Shown here: piece after piece, positions 22,276-32,804 of the stretch
Layout of the letters: every line of letters starts with the position of its first letter
Position numbering within the stretch: the first letter of the stretch is position 1
NCBI GenBank assembly: GCA_963787835.1
Contig: CAWBEI010000004.1
Span: 1-64,000 of the forward strand
Length of the DNA stretch: 64,000 nucleotides
Source of the DNA: Ignavibacteriota bacterium
Lineage (GTDB): Bacteria > Bacteroidota > Ignavibacteria > Palsa-1295
Direction of reading: 5' to 3'
Translations under genes and position numbers: made by a program
The notes under the pieces: generated by a model
The model's database searches: none
Seen by the model: only the letters and a program-made list of their open reading frames with translations
What the model was told of the DNA's origin: nothing

Positions 22276-23328
22276 TTAATTCTGGATGCTGTCAAGAATG
22301 CCGTTCGTGAAATAGAGATATGAACTGCTTCCATATACCCACTGCTCGGAAGAGCCGTTCCGCGTTATGGTTCGATTTATGTCGTTGGGTTCGCCCCAAC
22401 TCATTCTTGCTTGTTCCTCAGTCATGCCGATAATCGCGGATCCCTTTTCGATAGCCTTCCAAATGCGCTCACTCCATTTTGGGTGTTGCTTGCGCGGGGA
22501 AGTTGTTGAGAAGATGGAGTTAAAATCAAAAGATTCGTAAGGGCCAATTTTGTGCAGATAGCAGTTCCCCAAATCATCTGTCAATGTCAATACCGTATCT
22601 TTTGAGTATTCTGTTTCAATCTCGACCGCCGTGATCGTATAATGTCGAAGATTTGGGAGCTTTATGAAGACTGGTCCTGAGCAAGAATCGGCGTCTATAT
22701 CAGGGTTTGAAAGCCAACCATTCTTGCCAAGAAATTTGGTTCTCAAATTATCTTTCGTTATTGAGTCTTGAACCCTGCTATCTTCCACATCTTTTTGGGC
22801 ACGTTGCAACTCTTCTGCTTTTTCCTTCGCAACTTCTTCCCTTCCTGCTTCTTCTTTCGCCGCTTCTTCCTTCACATTTACCTCTGCAATGCTATCATTC
22901 GTCCGCTGAATCTTTTCGGCGGATACCGAATAGTCTTGTTCGATTGCCTTGGCGAGTGTTTGTAGCGAAGTCTTTATTTGTGCAGCATTTTGAATCTCAA
23001 TAGGGTTTTGCTTTTCGCAATCGCTCCCCAAACATGCGGTCAACGACAATAGAGTGCCGCGGCCCTGCGGTTCGAAGTAATAAATTAAAGTCGTTCCCGG
23101 AGTGAATATCGTGTTCGTTTGGGTGTCCGGAACCACACATCTGATAGAGTCCTCACCTTCGCTCAGGATGGGACGGCCCCATATCTTTATGACACCTTTG
23201 TACGCCATCTTAACAAAATCAGGAGGTGCATTCACCGTGACAAAGTTGTGCCCTCGCTGGGCGAGCGCGATGTTGCACAGTCCAGCGAGAGTGATCGTCG
23301 TGGTAAGTGTGAGGATTGAGTGTCTCAT
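22276..23328 (-). CDS. Secreted protein with C-terminal SmpA/BamE-like small domain
   Basis: Signal peptide ending AQ; IGMTEEQARMSWGEP...EQWVY...YLYFTNGIL. Confidence 0.65.
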   Translation of the reverse strand: MRHSILTLTTTITLAGLCNIALAQRGHNFVTVNAPPDFVKMAYKGVIKIWGRPILSEGEDSIRCVVPDTQTNTIFTPGTTLIYYFEPQGRGTLLSLTACLGSDCEKQNPIEIQNAAQIKTSLQTLAKAIEQDYSVSAEKIQRTNDSIAEVNVKEEAAKEEAGREEVAKEKAEELQRAQKDVEDSRVQDSITKDNLRTKFLGKNGWLSNPDIDADSCSGPVFIKLPNLRHYTITAVEIETEYSKDTVLTLTDDLGNCYLHKIGPYESFDFNSIFSTTSPRKQHPKWSERIWKAIEKGSAIIGMTEEQARMSWGEPNDINRTITRNGSSEQWVYGSSSYLYFTNGILDSIQN

Positions 23329-23355
23329 TTTATTTCCTAACTTAGAAGTGAGCTA

Positions 23356-23853
23356 TCACCTCATTCTCATACTCGTATCGGCAGGTGGTGGTGGTGGCGG
23401 CGGCGGTGGTGCAGTAGTCGCGCTTGGGGACGCAACTTTTCCGTAAGGATCGTCCTGCACGTTGCCATAATACTTAGCATTCACGCCAAGCCAAGAGTAG
23501 TCAGGATAGAGAACAACCCACTTCCCTCCAACGCGAGTGACGTGGACTTCGTACTTGTCATGCATAAAAGTACCAAAGCTGTTCTGAGCATCGTATTCTC
23601 CCCGAACAATCGCAGTATCACCCTTGATGAACAGGGAAGCCGTATCGGTGTTCTCATCTGTAACCGCAGCAATTTTAGCGGTGCTCGGAACTTTTAGCTG
23701 CTTCCTCAGCGCGGACGCTGCCACATCATAAATGCCCTTGCGTATAGCCATAAGGCTATCGGCATGTTCCTTTGCAACCTGCTCATCGGACTTCCCGCAC
23801 GAAGCTAATTGAAGCGCTCCGAACAGAAAGATCGTTATGGCGAGATATTTCAT
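23356..23853 (-). CDS. Lipoprotein, prophage-cargo type
   Basis: Lipobox LASC; LKVPSTAK...YDAQNSFG motif; poly-Pro tail. Confidence 0.65.
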   Translation of the reverse strand: MKYLAITIFLFGALQLASCGKSDEQVAKEHADSLMAIRKGIYDVAASALRKQLKVPSTAKIAAVTDENTDTASLFIKGDTAIVRGEYDAQNSFGTFMHDKYEVHVTRVGGKWVVLYPDYSWLGVNAKYYGNVQDDPYGKVASPSATTAPPPPPPPPPADTSMRMR

Positions 23854-23949
23854 CTTTGCATGTCTCCTTTCGAATTGATTGAGTCCCGGCAATATCGCCG
23901 AACCTTTGGGTACGAAAATACGAAAGTTTCTGGTGCAAAGATACGAAAC

Positions 23950-23973
23950 ACTCACCTGCCATAGCAGGTGAGT
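23950..23973. promoter_or_regulatory. Perfect inverted repeat, probable operator of the XRE regulator
   Basis: ACTCACCTGC-cata-GCAGGTGAGT, 36 bp upstream of the XRE start. Confidence 0.6.
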
Positions 23974-24009
23974 CTCAGCATTCTAATTGTCGTCGGGGTA
24001 AGTTCGTCT

Positions 24010-24246
24010 ATGGATTTACCTAAAATCGTCGGTGAGAACGTGCGTGGATTCCGCACACAACAGGGCTTATCGCGGGAAGAACTATGCGAGCGAGCAAATA
24101 TCAATTTGAACCATTTGGGAGCGATAGAGCGCGGTGAAGAGAACGTCACGCTGGACACTCTCAGTAAGCTGGGAATCGCTCTTGGGGTGGAGCCGTATGC
24201 CTTGCTAACACGGGACTGCTATCGTTGGGGTTTAAGGAAGGATTAG
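24010..24246 (+). CDS. XRE/Cro HTH regulator (controller-protein-like)
   Basis: VGENVRGFRTQQGLSREEL...LGAIERGEENVTLDTLSKL. Confidence 0.88.
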   Translation: MDLPKIVGENVRGFRTQQGLSREELCERANINLNHLGAIERGEENVTLDTLSKLGIALGVEPYALLTRDCYRWGLRKD

Positions 24247-24519
24247 GAGCTATTCGACACCTGCTAAAACCGTTAACATAAAACCGTTGAACTTCCCACC
24301 TAGCTGTGGGACACTAGGCGTCCCAATATCGCGCGCCACGATGCAGGTTTTGGAATGAGAGATACGAGCGGAATGCGAAGGCGGACATTAGATGCTGGCA
24401 GTTCCGGGTTAGCCATTTCAAGGTAGAATTCGCCTCGGAAACTTTCAGGCATGTTGCTAGCCATGACACATCCTCATCTTCCGGCCAGGATTCTGCATGA
24501 ACTCCTCATTTAGTTAGCT

Positions 24520-26793
24520 GTGTTCTCTGCCGAACGAATAGTCAGAGGGTTACAATTAGCGATTCTCAAGCAAATGTTGCATGGACAGGAACCAACCTTT
24601 TCCTCCGTCCCCACTCTCAAGGGGCTGGTTAACAATGGCTTCGATACACTCAGCGAGCTTAGTTCGTTCGAGATTCGATTTGCTTCCGCTATTGATCGGA
24701 TTCCCCATCCGCAAAGAATACAAGCTGGAATTCTCTTACCAATAATCCCTAATCGTGCTGATTGGAATCTGCTTCGAGCGGTTATTGCGGAGGCATGGCC
24801 ATGGTGGGAACGCAATCTAAATCTCTACCCAGCGGTGGTTATTATGCTTTATGTGAGCACTGCTTTTTTCGAGTATGAGGGAGGGGAACTTTGGACAAAA
24901 TTAGCCCAAGTAACGGGCACTTCAGGATTTACGACCAACCAGCAGACGAGAATCAACGCGGTTTTTGCCGAGGCACTTCGCGCTAGGGGATTTCAAGTCT
25001 TAGCAGATGCAAGGAGGGGAGACTATGTTGGCACTGCCGTACACCTCGCTGGGGTGCCTCTTTCAGTTTGGGACGGTTTCTTGAAGGTCTGCGAATGGGC
25101 ATTCTGGGAGCCACGCTGGGAGTCAATACCAGATGCGGAGTGGGAGCGTTGGATAACGAAACTAACTCTCAGTAGGGCCAGATTAAAACGTTTTCTAGTC
25201 GGTAACCGTGAAGGCGCGAGTTTCTTGGTGAGAGAGATTCTAGAATTGAGGCATCTTCTTATTCAAGACCATAGTCTGACCGCTGAAAGGCTGCTCGAGG
25301 CTACGTTCCTCCGGCCGGAATATTTTGAAGAAGCACCCGAAACTGCGGCCTTCTTTCGAGTTGAGGAGCCAGAGTCCCTCATTCAAGCTCGGTGTCAACT
25401 TATCTTCGAACCGTCAGGAGCAATTGTGCTTCATCTTCCTCCTGTTGCCCCGAAGTTCTTGCCAGCTAAATGGCATGTTGGTCCGCTAGTGCAAGACGCG
25501 AAGCGATCGGCTGATCGACTCAAACTAAACTCGGCAGCTTTTGCTGATAGATTGAATATTTCCCTTATTAATAATAAGGACTTGCTGGAAACGCAATCGA
25601 TTCTAGGGATAGGTGACTGGACACTATTTGACATGGAGCGAGACGGGGTTGCGGTGTCGAGGAGGGAAGAACTTCCGCCCAGTCGATATACACTCGTGTC
25701 CCTCCAACCAGTGCAAGACCTGAGCGACTCGTATTTTGAGACTGAAGAATGCTTGCGGAATGAGGAAATCGTTTTTGACAATGGCGGACAGTACTTCCTC
25801 ACTGAGCTTCCAATATACGAACCATGTAAGTTAGCCTTTGACATCGGAGGCGAAAGGGTTTCGATTTCCTTCGGTGTTCGACCTCGAATCGAACCGAGGC
25901 TCTATGCTGGTCAAGGCAAACAGGCAGGCGCCTTCGTTAGGCTGAGAGACGGAACTCTAAAGGTGGATCACTTGCCAATCTTCGGATTAATCATTCCCAC
26001 TGATTTTTTCGACAATCCAATTTTGACATTGCAGAATAATTTCAAAATTTCGATAAATGAACATCCTACTTTATCAGGCGATTGGCAACTCGTGGCTTCA
26101 GATCGGGATCGCACTTGGGCATTCTACCGCTGGAAGTGGGGGCCAAGGCCTTTTTTTCAGCAAGTCACCAGCGGTGCAGTCCGTGATCCGAGTGACTTGG
26201 GACAACATTTCGCCAGTCCAGATTTGCATGGAGCTGGAACTATGTCCATTGAAGCCCCGAGCTTTGGCATCTACTTTCGTCAACAAATTTTTCTCGATAG
26301 AACGCCGGCAGAAATGGAAGAATGCTGGAATGCTCTTCCTGGAGCATACTTACCTTGGTTTCTCTTGGCACAAAGTCCGACGGGCATGACATGGGATGAT
26401 TTAATGATTGCAAGAAACATTATTGCACCAGACCTCTTCCTATCCTACGAGCATTTGAAAAAATACGAGGATCGGGGCTTCTTTGTTCGAAAGGGAAACA
26501 GGTGGGTCATTGAATCATCGCGAGCTGTAATTATACAAGGGCCTGTAAACCCTGCATCGAGGGTCATCGACTTTCGCCTAGCTTACTGTGGTGATCCATC
26601 AATCCTTTGGGGGCTATACCGCAAGATGCGTCGAGAAAGATCCGTTCGCACCCTTCCAATTGTCTCGGTGATTAATCGAAATGAAGAAGCGCCATTTCTA
26701 GAGATGAAATGGCCGGGTAGAAGCTTGATAGAAGTTCAGCATTATCTTAACAATAACAACGTAGGTATTGGCCAATCATTATGGATACACTAA
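24520..26793 (+). CDS. Large hypothetical protein, DruH-like partner of the helicase
   Basis: YEGGELW and YVGTAVHLAGVPL resemble motifs I recall from DruH-type proteins; overlaps the start of the DUF1998 helicase. Confidence 0.55.
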   Translation: MFSAERIVRGLQLAILKQMLHGQEPTFSSVPTLKGLVNNGFDTLSELSSFEIRFASAIDRIPHPQRIQAGILLPIIPNRADWNLLRAVIAEAWPWWERNLNLYPAVVIMLYVSTAFFEYEGGELWTKLAQVTGTSGFTTNQQTRINAVFAEALRARGFQVLADARRGDYVGTAVHLAGVPLSVWDGFLKVCEWAFWEPRWESIPDAEWERWITKLTLSRARLKRFLVGNREGASFLVREILELRHLLIQDHSLTAERLLEATFLRPEYFEEAPETAAFFRVEEPESLIQARCQLIFEPSGAIVLHLPPVAPKFLPAKWHVGPLVQDAKRSADRLKLNSAAFADRLNISLINNKDLLETQSILGIGDWTLFDMERDGVAVSRREELPPSRYTLVSLQPVQDLSDSYFETEECLRNEEIVFDNGGQYFLTELPIYEPCKLAFDIGGERVSISFGVRPRIEPRLYAGQGKQAGAFVRLRDGTLKVDHLPIFGLIIPTDFFDNPILTLQNNFKISINEHPTLSGDWQLVASDRDRTWAFYRWKWGPRPFFQQVTSGAVRDPSDLGQHFASPDLHGAGTMSIEAPSFGIYFRQQIFLDRTPAEMEECWNALPGAYLPWFLLAQSPTGMTWDDLMIARNIIAPDLFLSYEHLKKYEDRGFFVRKGNRWVIESSRAVIIQGPVNPASRVIDFRLAYCGDPSILWGLYRKMRRERSVRTLPIVSVINRNEEAPFLEMKWPGRSLIEVQHYLNNNNVGIGQSLWIH

Positions 26794-29700
26794 CCAAACG
26801 ATTCGAGCGGGAAGTATTTGAGCCGTATGTAGAATTACTCAAAGCAAGCTATCGTTTCCACCCAACTTTTTCCCACGCAAGGTCGGAATGGGAAGCCAAG
26901 CTCGGAACGGCTGAACTGCTAAATGGTCCGTATCTCGAACGCGCCCAAGGATACAAGAGTGGCGATCCGCTCGACCTGCTTCCGATGGACGAAAGAACTA
27001 AAGTAACCGTGAGGAAGAGGCTAAATGGCCGGGCACTATACAGTCACCAGACGAGTGCACTCAGGATTGTCCTCGGGGGCGAAAACGCCGTTATTGCGAC
27101 TGGGACCAGCAGCGGAAAAACACTCTGTTACCAGATCCCCATTTTGGATAACATTTTAAAAGATCCTGCTCTCGGGCTTCGCGCAATCATTATCTATCCA
27201 CTCAACGCGCTAGTGAATGATCAGCTGAAGGAATGGGGAGACCTCCTTCAGGATCACCCCGAGGTTACGTTCGCCAGATTCACTGGCCAGACGCCTGAGA
27301 GTCAAGTGCAATATGAACAGCGTCTTCGAGAGTCCATACGGGAACAATTCAGGGAACGGAATATATCAGGGAGGGAAGTTGAGCTTCTCGTACAGAAAGA
27401 ACTTAACGATGCTCCTATGAACAGACTAAACCATCGAGATGAGATCAGAAGTAACCCGCCTCATATTCTGATAACCAACTTTTCAATGCTAGAATACCTC
27501 TTGGAGAGACCGATTGATGCTCCAATTTTTGAAAATGCTCAGTTAAGATTCTTGGTGATGGATGAAGTGCATTCGTATCGAGGCATCCAAGCAACTGAGA
27601 TAGCATTCCTAATCCGCCGTCTTAAAGATTTCCTTGCTGTGAGTAAATTGATTTGTATCGCTACTTCAGCAACGCTAGGAAAGCGAGGTGATGCGGTCAG
27701 CATGGAGCGCGTGAAGACATTTGTGACATCCTTGTTCGGCGAAAACTTTCAGTTCCCAATATATGGCGACCCCGCGGAGCCGACCATCGCATTGCCGAGT
27801 CATTCGCCCTCTCCAGCTGACTACTTGCGTGCAGTGGAAGAATTAATAACATCGCCACCTCATAAATGGGGGAGCATTTTTGGATTAGCTGATCCGGATC
27901 GCAGTTTAATTTCCATTCTCGAAGCAGATGAGAATCTTTTCAGGCTTCGAAAAGACATTTTGACAAAACCAATTTCACTTGCCGATGCGGCAGTACAATT
28001 ATGGCCCGAAGCGACGACAGCAGAAGATGCCCTTCAAGCTTTGCTTAGACTCGCAGCGAATGAGAAATCGGATGATGCACATGAAGATCTCTTGCCAACC
28101 CGGTTGCATTATTTCATCAAATCGCAAGGAGGGCTTTACGTTTGCCTAAATAGCACGTGTCCGGGTAGGAAGGCAGGTCAGCCAGCATTCTACGTTTCAA
28201 GAAAAACTGAGGACGGAGTTCCGGAAGGCTATTGCCCCTCTTGCCATCACAGCAGTATGAGTTCCCTGCTAGTTGAAGTGGTCAGTTGTCGCAAGTGTGG
28301 ATACCTATTCGGAGCCTTGCAGGACCTTGGGCCTAAAAGGAAACAGGATCCTGATCGAGGGGATACGCCTCCACCTCCAGAATTTGACTCCTTCAGCACG
28401 GAATTGGGCTGGGCCGCTGATTCCTTCTGGTCCTACTTTAGTGTTGCGGCCGATTTACCGTACCCGAATGAAGTAGCCATTGATGAAGAGGATGATGCAG
28501 AAGGACTCATGAATGATCCTGCTATAGTGAGATGGTGTGCAAGTTGTGGGAAAATAGATGACGCTACGAAAAAGGATCATTGCGAATGTGCCATACCAAG
28601 AATCCGAGAGATTAAGGTGTTCCATCGCCAATGCCCAACGGATCAATATCAGAATTTATTTAATGCCGAGAAGCATTTATTGTCCGCTTGTCCCAATTGT
28701 GGGGCGCCTAATGCCTCTGGTCTTGAGCCACTGCGGCGATTTCAAGAGTCTGATGATGAGACTGGGTTGGCTATGGCTATCCCATTTGCCCATTTTGAAG
28801 TTTCTAATGGTACGGCTCGAAATTCTTCGAGGAGTCTTCTTTGCTTCACTGACCACAGACAAAGGGCGGCGGCGTTTCCTTCCCTTATTGAAGAAGAGGT
28901 TTTTTCGCACGTTCTTGGTAGGAAGTTGCTTCAAATTATTCGCAATTCTCGTTCCATCTGTAACCTTGTTACCTTGGGGGAAAGAATTTCCGACAGCGCA
29001 GACCCTGAATCTTCTGACTATGACCCGGAGCTTTTTCTCCCGGTTTCTCGACAACCGGACGAAACTCAATCCTCAAGTCAGCGCAAAAATTTGTGGGTCG
29101 CGGAAACATTTGCATATTTTGGAATACCCGACTCTGCTAGAGAATCGATCGAAGATCTCGGACTGGTCGAAGTTACATATCAAATTGATGAAATAGACAG
29201 GAGAGTGCTCGCAGCAACATTGGAAAGTTGCGGCGTTCTTCAGGATGAAGTTGATCCATTCCTTCAGGTTCTATTTGCTCACATGAGGCACCGCAAGGCA
29301 TTCACGTTGCCAGCCGACAGGGTCAAGGCGGATGATCCTGCATTCGGAAGAGTAACAGCAGACATTTTTTTCCTCGAAAGAAGGGGTGGCATTCGCAATT
29401 GTGAAGGATGGCTTCCAAAGCTCAAGCAGGATGGAACGTATAATCATAACTACATTACCGACTTCTTGAAGCGGGTCACCAAGGCATCTGATGAACAAGT
29501 GCTCCAAGTATCCGAGAGTCTTTGGAGCATACTGACTTCCCGCATGATACTTGCACGCAAGAACAACCAATGGCGACTCGAACATGAGCGGATTCGCGTA
29601 GCTTTGAGTGCGGACCGGCTCGTTTGCGACCGATGTGGGATCGTTACCCCATTTAACGTTCGGCAACGATGCGTGCGGAAACATTGTCAAGGGAGCTTGA

Positions 29701-31656
29701 AGCGTGAAGCTTATACGGCCAAGCAGGGAAAACCTTATCAGCAAGTGGGTAAGCGATAGTTTGCCATACAAATTTGCTGGCTTGAAGTCAGAGGAGCATA
29801 CCGCACAGATCAATCGAGAGCTTGCTGAAAGAATCGAAAAAGATTTTCGTTCTGGAGAAGTCGATGTCTTAAGCAGCACAACAACGTTTGAAATGGGAAT
29901 CAATATTGGCGATCTTCAGAAAGTGCTTCTTCGTAACGCTCCTCCAACAAGCGCAAGTTATGTCCAGAGAGTCGGTCGGGCGGGCAGAGGTAGAGACAAG
30001 AATGCCGTTTGTGTGACGCTTTGTCGGAGAACCAAATATGATGCTGATAGCTGGTCCAATCCAGGGAGATTAATGTCAGGTGAGGTTCGCACACCGACCG
30101 TCTTTTTGAAAAATGCCGTAATTGCGGAGCGACATTCAAATGCAGTACTTTTTTCGATGTTCCTCCGCGAAAAAATCAGAGACGAAAGACTGCTTGGTGA
30201 TCCAACGCAGAAGATACGTCTAGAGGCATTTTTGCATCCGCATGATCGAACGCAAGTTCCCCCTAACTGGATGCGACTGAATCCGTCCACACTTCATCTC
30301 GATTTTGTCGGCTGGCTTGACAATGAGAAATTGGATCCGAATTCACAGGTGAAGGTCAATAGCGACCTTCTTACCGCACTTGGTGGTCACGAAACAGCTC
30401 TTAATATGGCATCCTCAAGATATCGAAAAGTAATCGAATCTGTTTCTACGGAATTGCGTGAATTTATGCAAGAGCGACAAAGACTTGTTGGTGAAGGGGA
30501 AAATATTTCTGATCTTGATCAAGCCATTAAGACCCTTCTTGGGTCTAGCGCCATCGATGTACTTGCGAAACGCGGTTTTCTTCCAAGATATGCGTTCCCA
30601 CTCGACACAGTCACGCTTGAAACAGGAAGAACTCGTTGGACACGAGATCCCGATGTCGAACTAAGTCGAGATTGCGGCATTGCGATTGCCGAGTTTGCAC
30701 CCGGCGCACAAGTAATTGCACATAAGAAGGTGTTTACGAGTGCAGGCCTTTACATCGTTACGGACCTTGATCGCTCGTCTGCACAGTACAAGTGGTACTC
30801 AGTGTGCCCCAGTTGCAAACAGGTTCGAAGCGGAAATATGAGGGTTGCTCTTACTGGTGATTGTCCAGTCTGCCACAAGAAAATAACTTCCCAAAATGTT
30901 TTTCCATACATAGAGCCTGTCGCCTTTAGCACGAGAATCGAGCAGAGAGGTAGTAGCTCCGCACGTCACCGTCGCAGTAGCTTCATCAGGCAACGTCAAA
31001 CACTCACCCACTTTATCTCACAGATTAGTGATGAGCGTTTTGCAAATGACGGAATGTTCGATTTGGCGCTCGAAGAGCAGGGGGAGTTATTTCGCTATAA
31101 TAGAGGCCCGGGTGGAGGAGGCTTCATTCAGTGTCTAGAATGTGGGTACAGCGAGTTAGCAAGCACTAGCCGGGCGAGAGTACCCCATCGAAGGCTTCGA
31201 TCCTTCGGCCGTACGGGCAATTGCATTGGCAGACCAAAGGCCCTTCCGGTCGCTTATGGCCATAAGTTTACAAGCTTCTGTTTGGTTGCAAGGCCGGTTG
31301 TTCGACCTGAATCTATTCAATCACTAGCATTCGCCCTACAAGGGGGGGTCGCAAAGGTCTTGGAAGTTGAAGCGGCAGACATTGGAGTATCCTGGCGTTG
31401 GTTAGCTGATAGGAACGCTGGAGACACTCAATCTGAGGTTGTACTTTTTGACCAGGCCCCGGGCGGTGCTGGATTCATGATCGATGCTCGGGAACATTGG
31501 TCAGAAGTCATAAGAGAAGCTTATGGGATTTGCGACGGTCGCTGCGGGTGTAGGAGTGCGTGTTACGATTGCTTGAAGCATTATGGTAATCAAGCCTGGC
31601 ATGACCTGCTTGATCGCGAATCAGTAGTTCGCTTCCTTAGACCAGCATTTGTATAA
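26781..31656 (+). CDS. Large DEAD/DEAH helicase with C-terminal DUF1998 (DruE-like, ~1620 aa), frameshift near 29720
   Basis: LYSHQ, TGTSSGKT, YPLNAL, DEVH, TSAT, TTTFEMGINIG, YVQRVGRAGR, FDQAPGGAG, C-x-C-x3-C-x2-C (CGCRSACYDCL); ORFs 26781-29759 and 29704-31656. Confidence 0.85.
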
Positions 31657-31873
31657 TTAGGCTGAACCGAATTATCATGTCTACTCTACGGCTTGGGAAT
31701 TGCTTGAAGTTGAAGCAATAGGATGTTCACAATCCCTCGGTGTGTGTACTTTCCAATTTTTCTGTCACACGTGTTATACAACCGTTCGGTTGTATAACAG
31801 TAGTGTTCATAAAGAATACTATTTTGATCGGCGTTTCAGGATATTAACGTCACGTAAATACGTTCTAATAAAC

Positions 31874-32564
31874 GTGACGACACCAACTACATCACTGAGA
31901 GCAATAATCTATACGAGAGTAAGCACCGACGAACAAGCAGAGAGTGGTTTAGGACTCGCTGCTCAGTTAAGAGCTTGCAAAGCGAAGGCAAACGAGCTTG
32001 GCGCTAATGAAATCCTTACGTTCACGGACGCAGGGGTTTCGGGTTCAACTGAGATAGCCAACAGGCCGGGACTCGCTGAGGCTCTTGCCGTAGTTAAGCG
32101 TGGGGACGTTGTGATCGTCGCAAAACGTGACCGTGTTGCCCGTGATATGTTCCTCTCTCTCTGTTGAGCGATTGATTAAGACGCGCAAGGCTACGTTCGT
32201 AAGCGTTGCAGGTGAAGGCTCCACGAATGATGTGTCCGGCCTTGTGCAACGACGAATGTTTGACCTGTTCGCAGAGGTTGAGCGGGAAATGATTCGAAGC
32301 CGCACTAAGCAAGCCTTGAGCGTGAAGAAGTCCCGCTCGGAACGCGTTGGCACAATCCCATTTGGTTACAAACTCGCCGCAGATAAAATCCATCTCGAAG
32401 AAAGTCCGAAGGAGCAAAAGATCATAGCTCGCGTTCTATTGCTACGCAAAGCTGGACTCTCATTCCGTGAGGTAGTGGCAAGGCTGAACAAAGACCGCGT
32501 TCCAACGCGCACCGGGAATCCGTGGCAACTGCCATCGGTGTTCAACATTGTAAAGTCTGCTTAG
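31874..32564 (+). CDS. Serine recombinase/resolvase (frameshift in a CT run near 32160)
   Basis: AIIYTRVSTDEQ, DAGVSG, RPGL, VAKRDRVAR, then FAEVEREMIRSRTK in the second frame. Confidence 0.85.
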
Positions 32565-32577
32565 ATCATTCCCAAGT

Positions 32578-32802
32578 ATGGCTCGTCTAACGATTTCTCA
32601 GGAAGAGTATGATCGACTCTCGCTTCTCACGAAGGACGAACTTCTCGCCTTCATTCGTGAGCACCTATTGGCGAAGCGTTCAGGCCGGCCTGCAAAGCCT
32701 AACCCTCTCACTCCGGCTGATCGCTCCAAGCGTTACCGCGAGAACAAACGCAAGTCGCGAGAGATCCAAAGCAAGAAGGCTTCCAAGAAGCATTTGGATT
32801 AA
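32578..32802 (+). CDS. Small basic protein
   Basis: GRPAK...LTPADRSKRYRE motif typical of small mobile-element DNA-binding proteins. Confidence 0.55.
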   Translation: MARLTISQEEYDRLSLLTKDELLAFIREHLLAKRSGRPAKPNPLTPADRSKRYRENKRKSREIQSKKASKKHLD

Positions 32803-32804
32803 CG

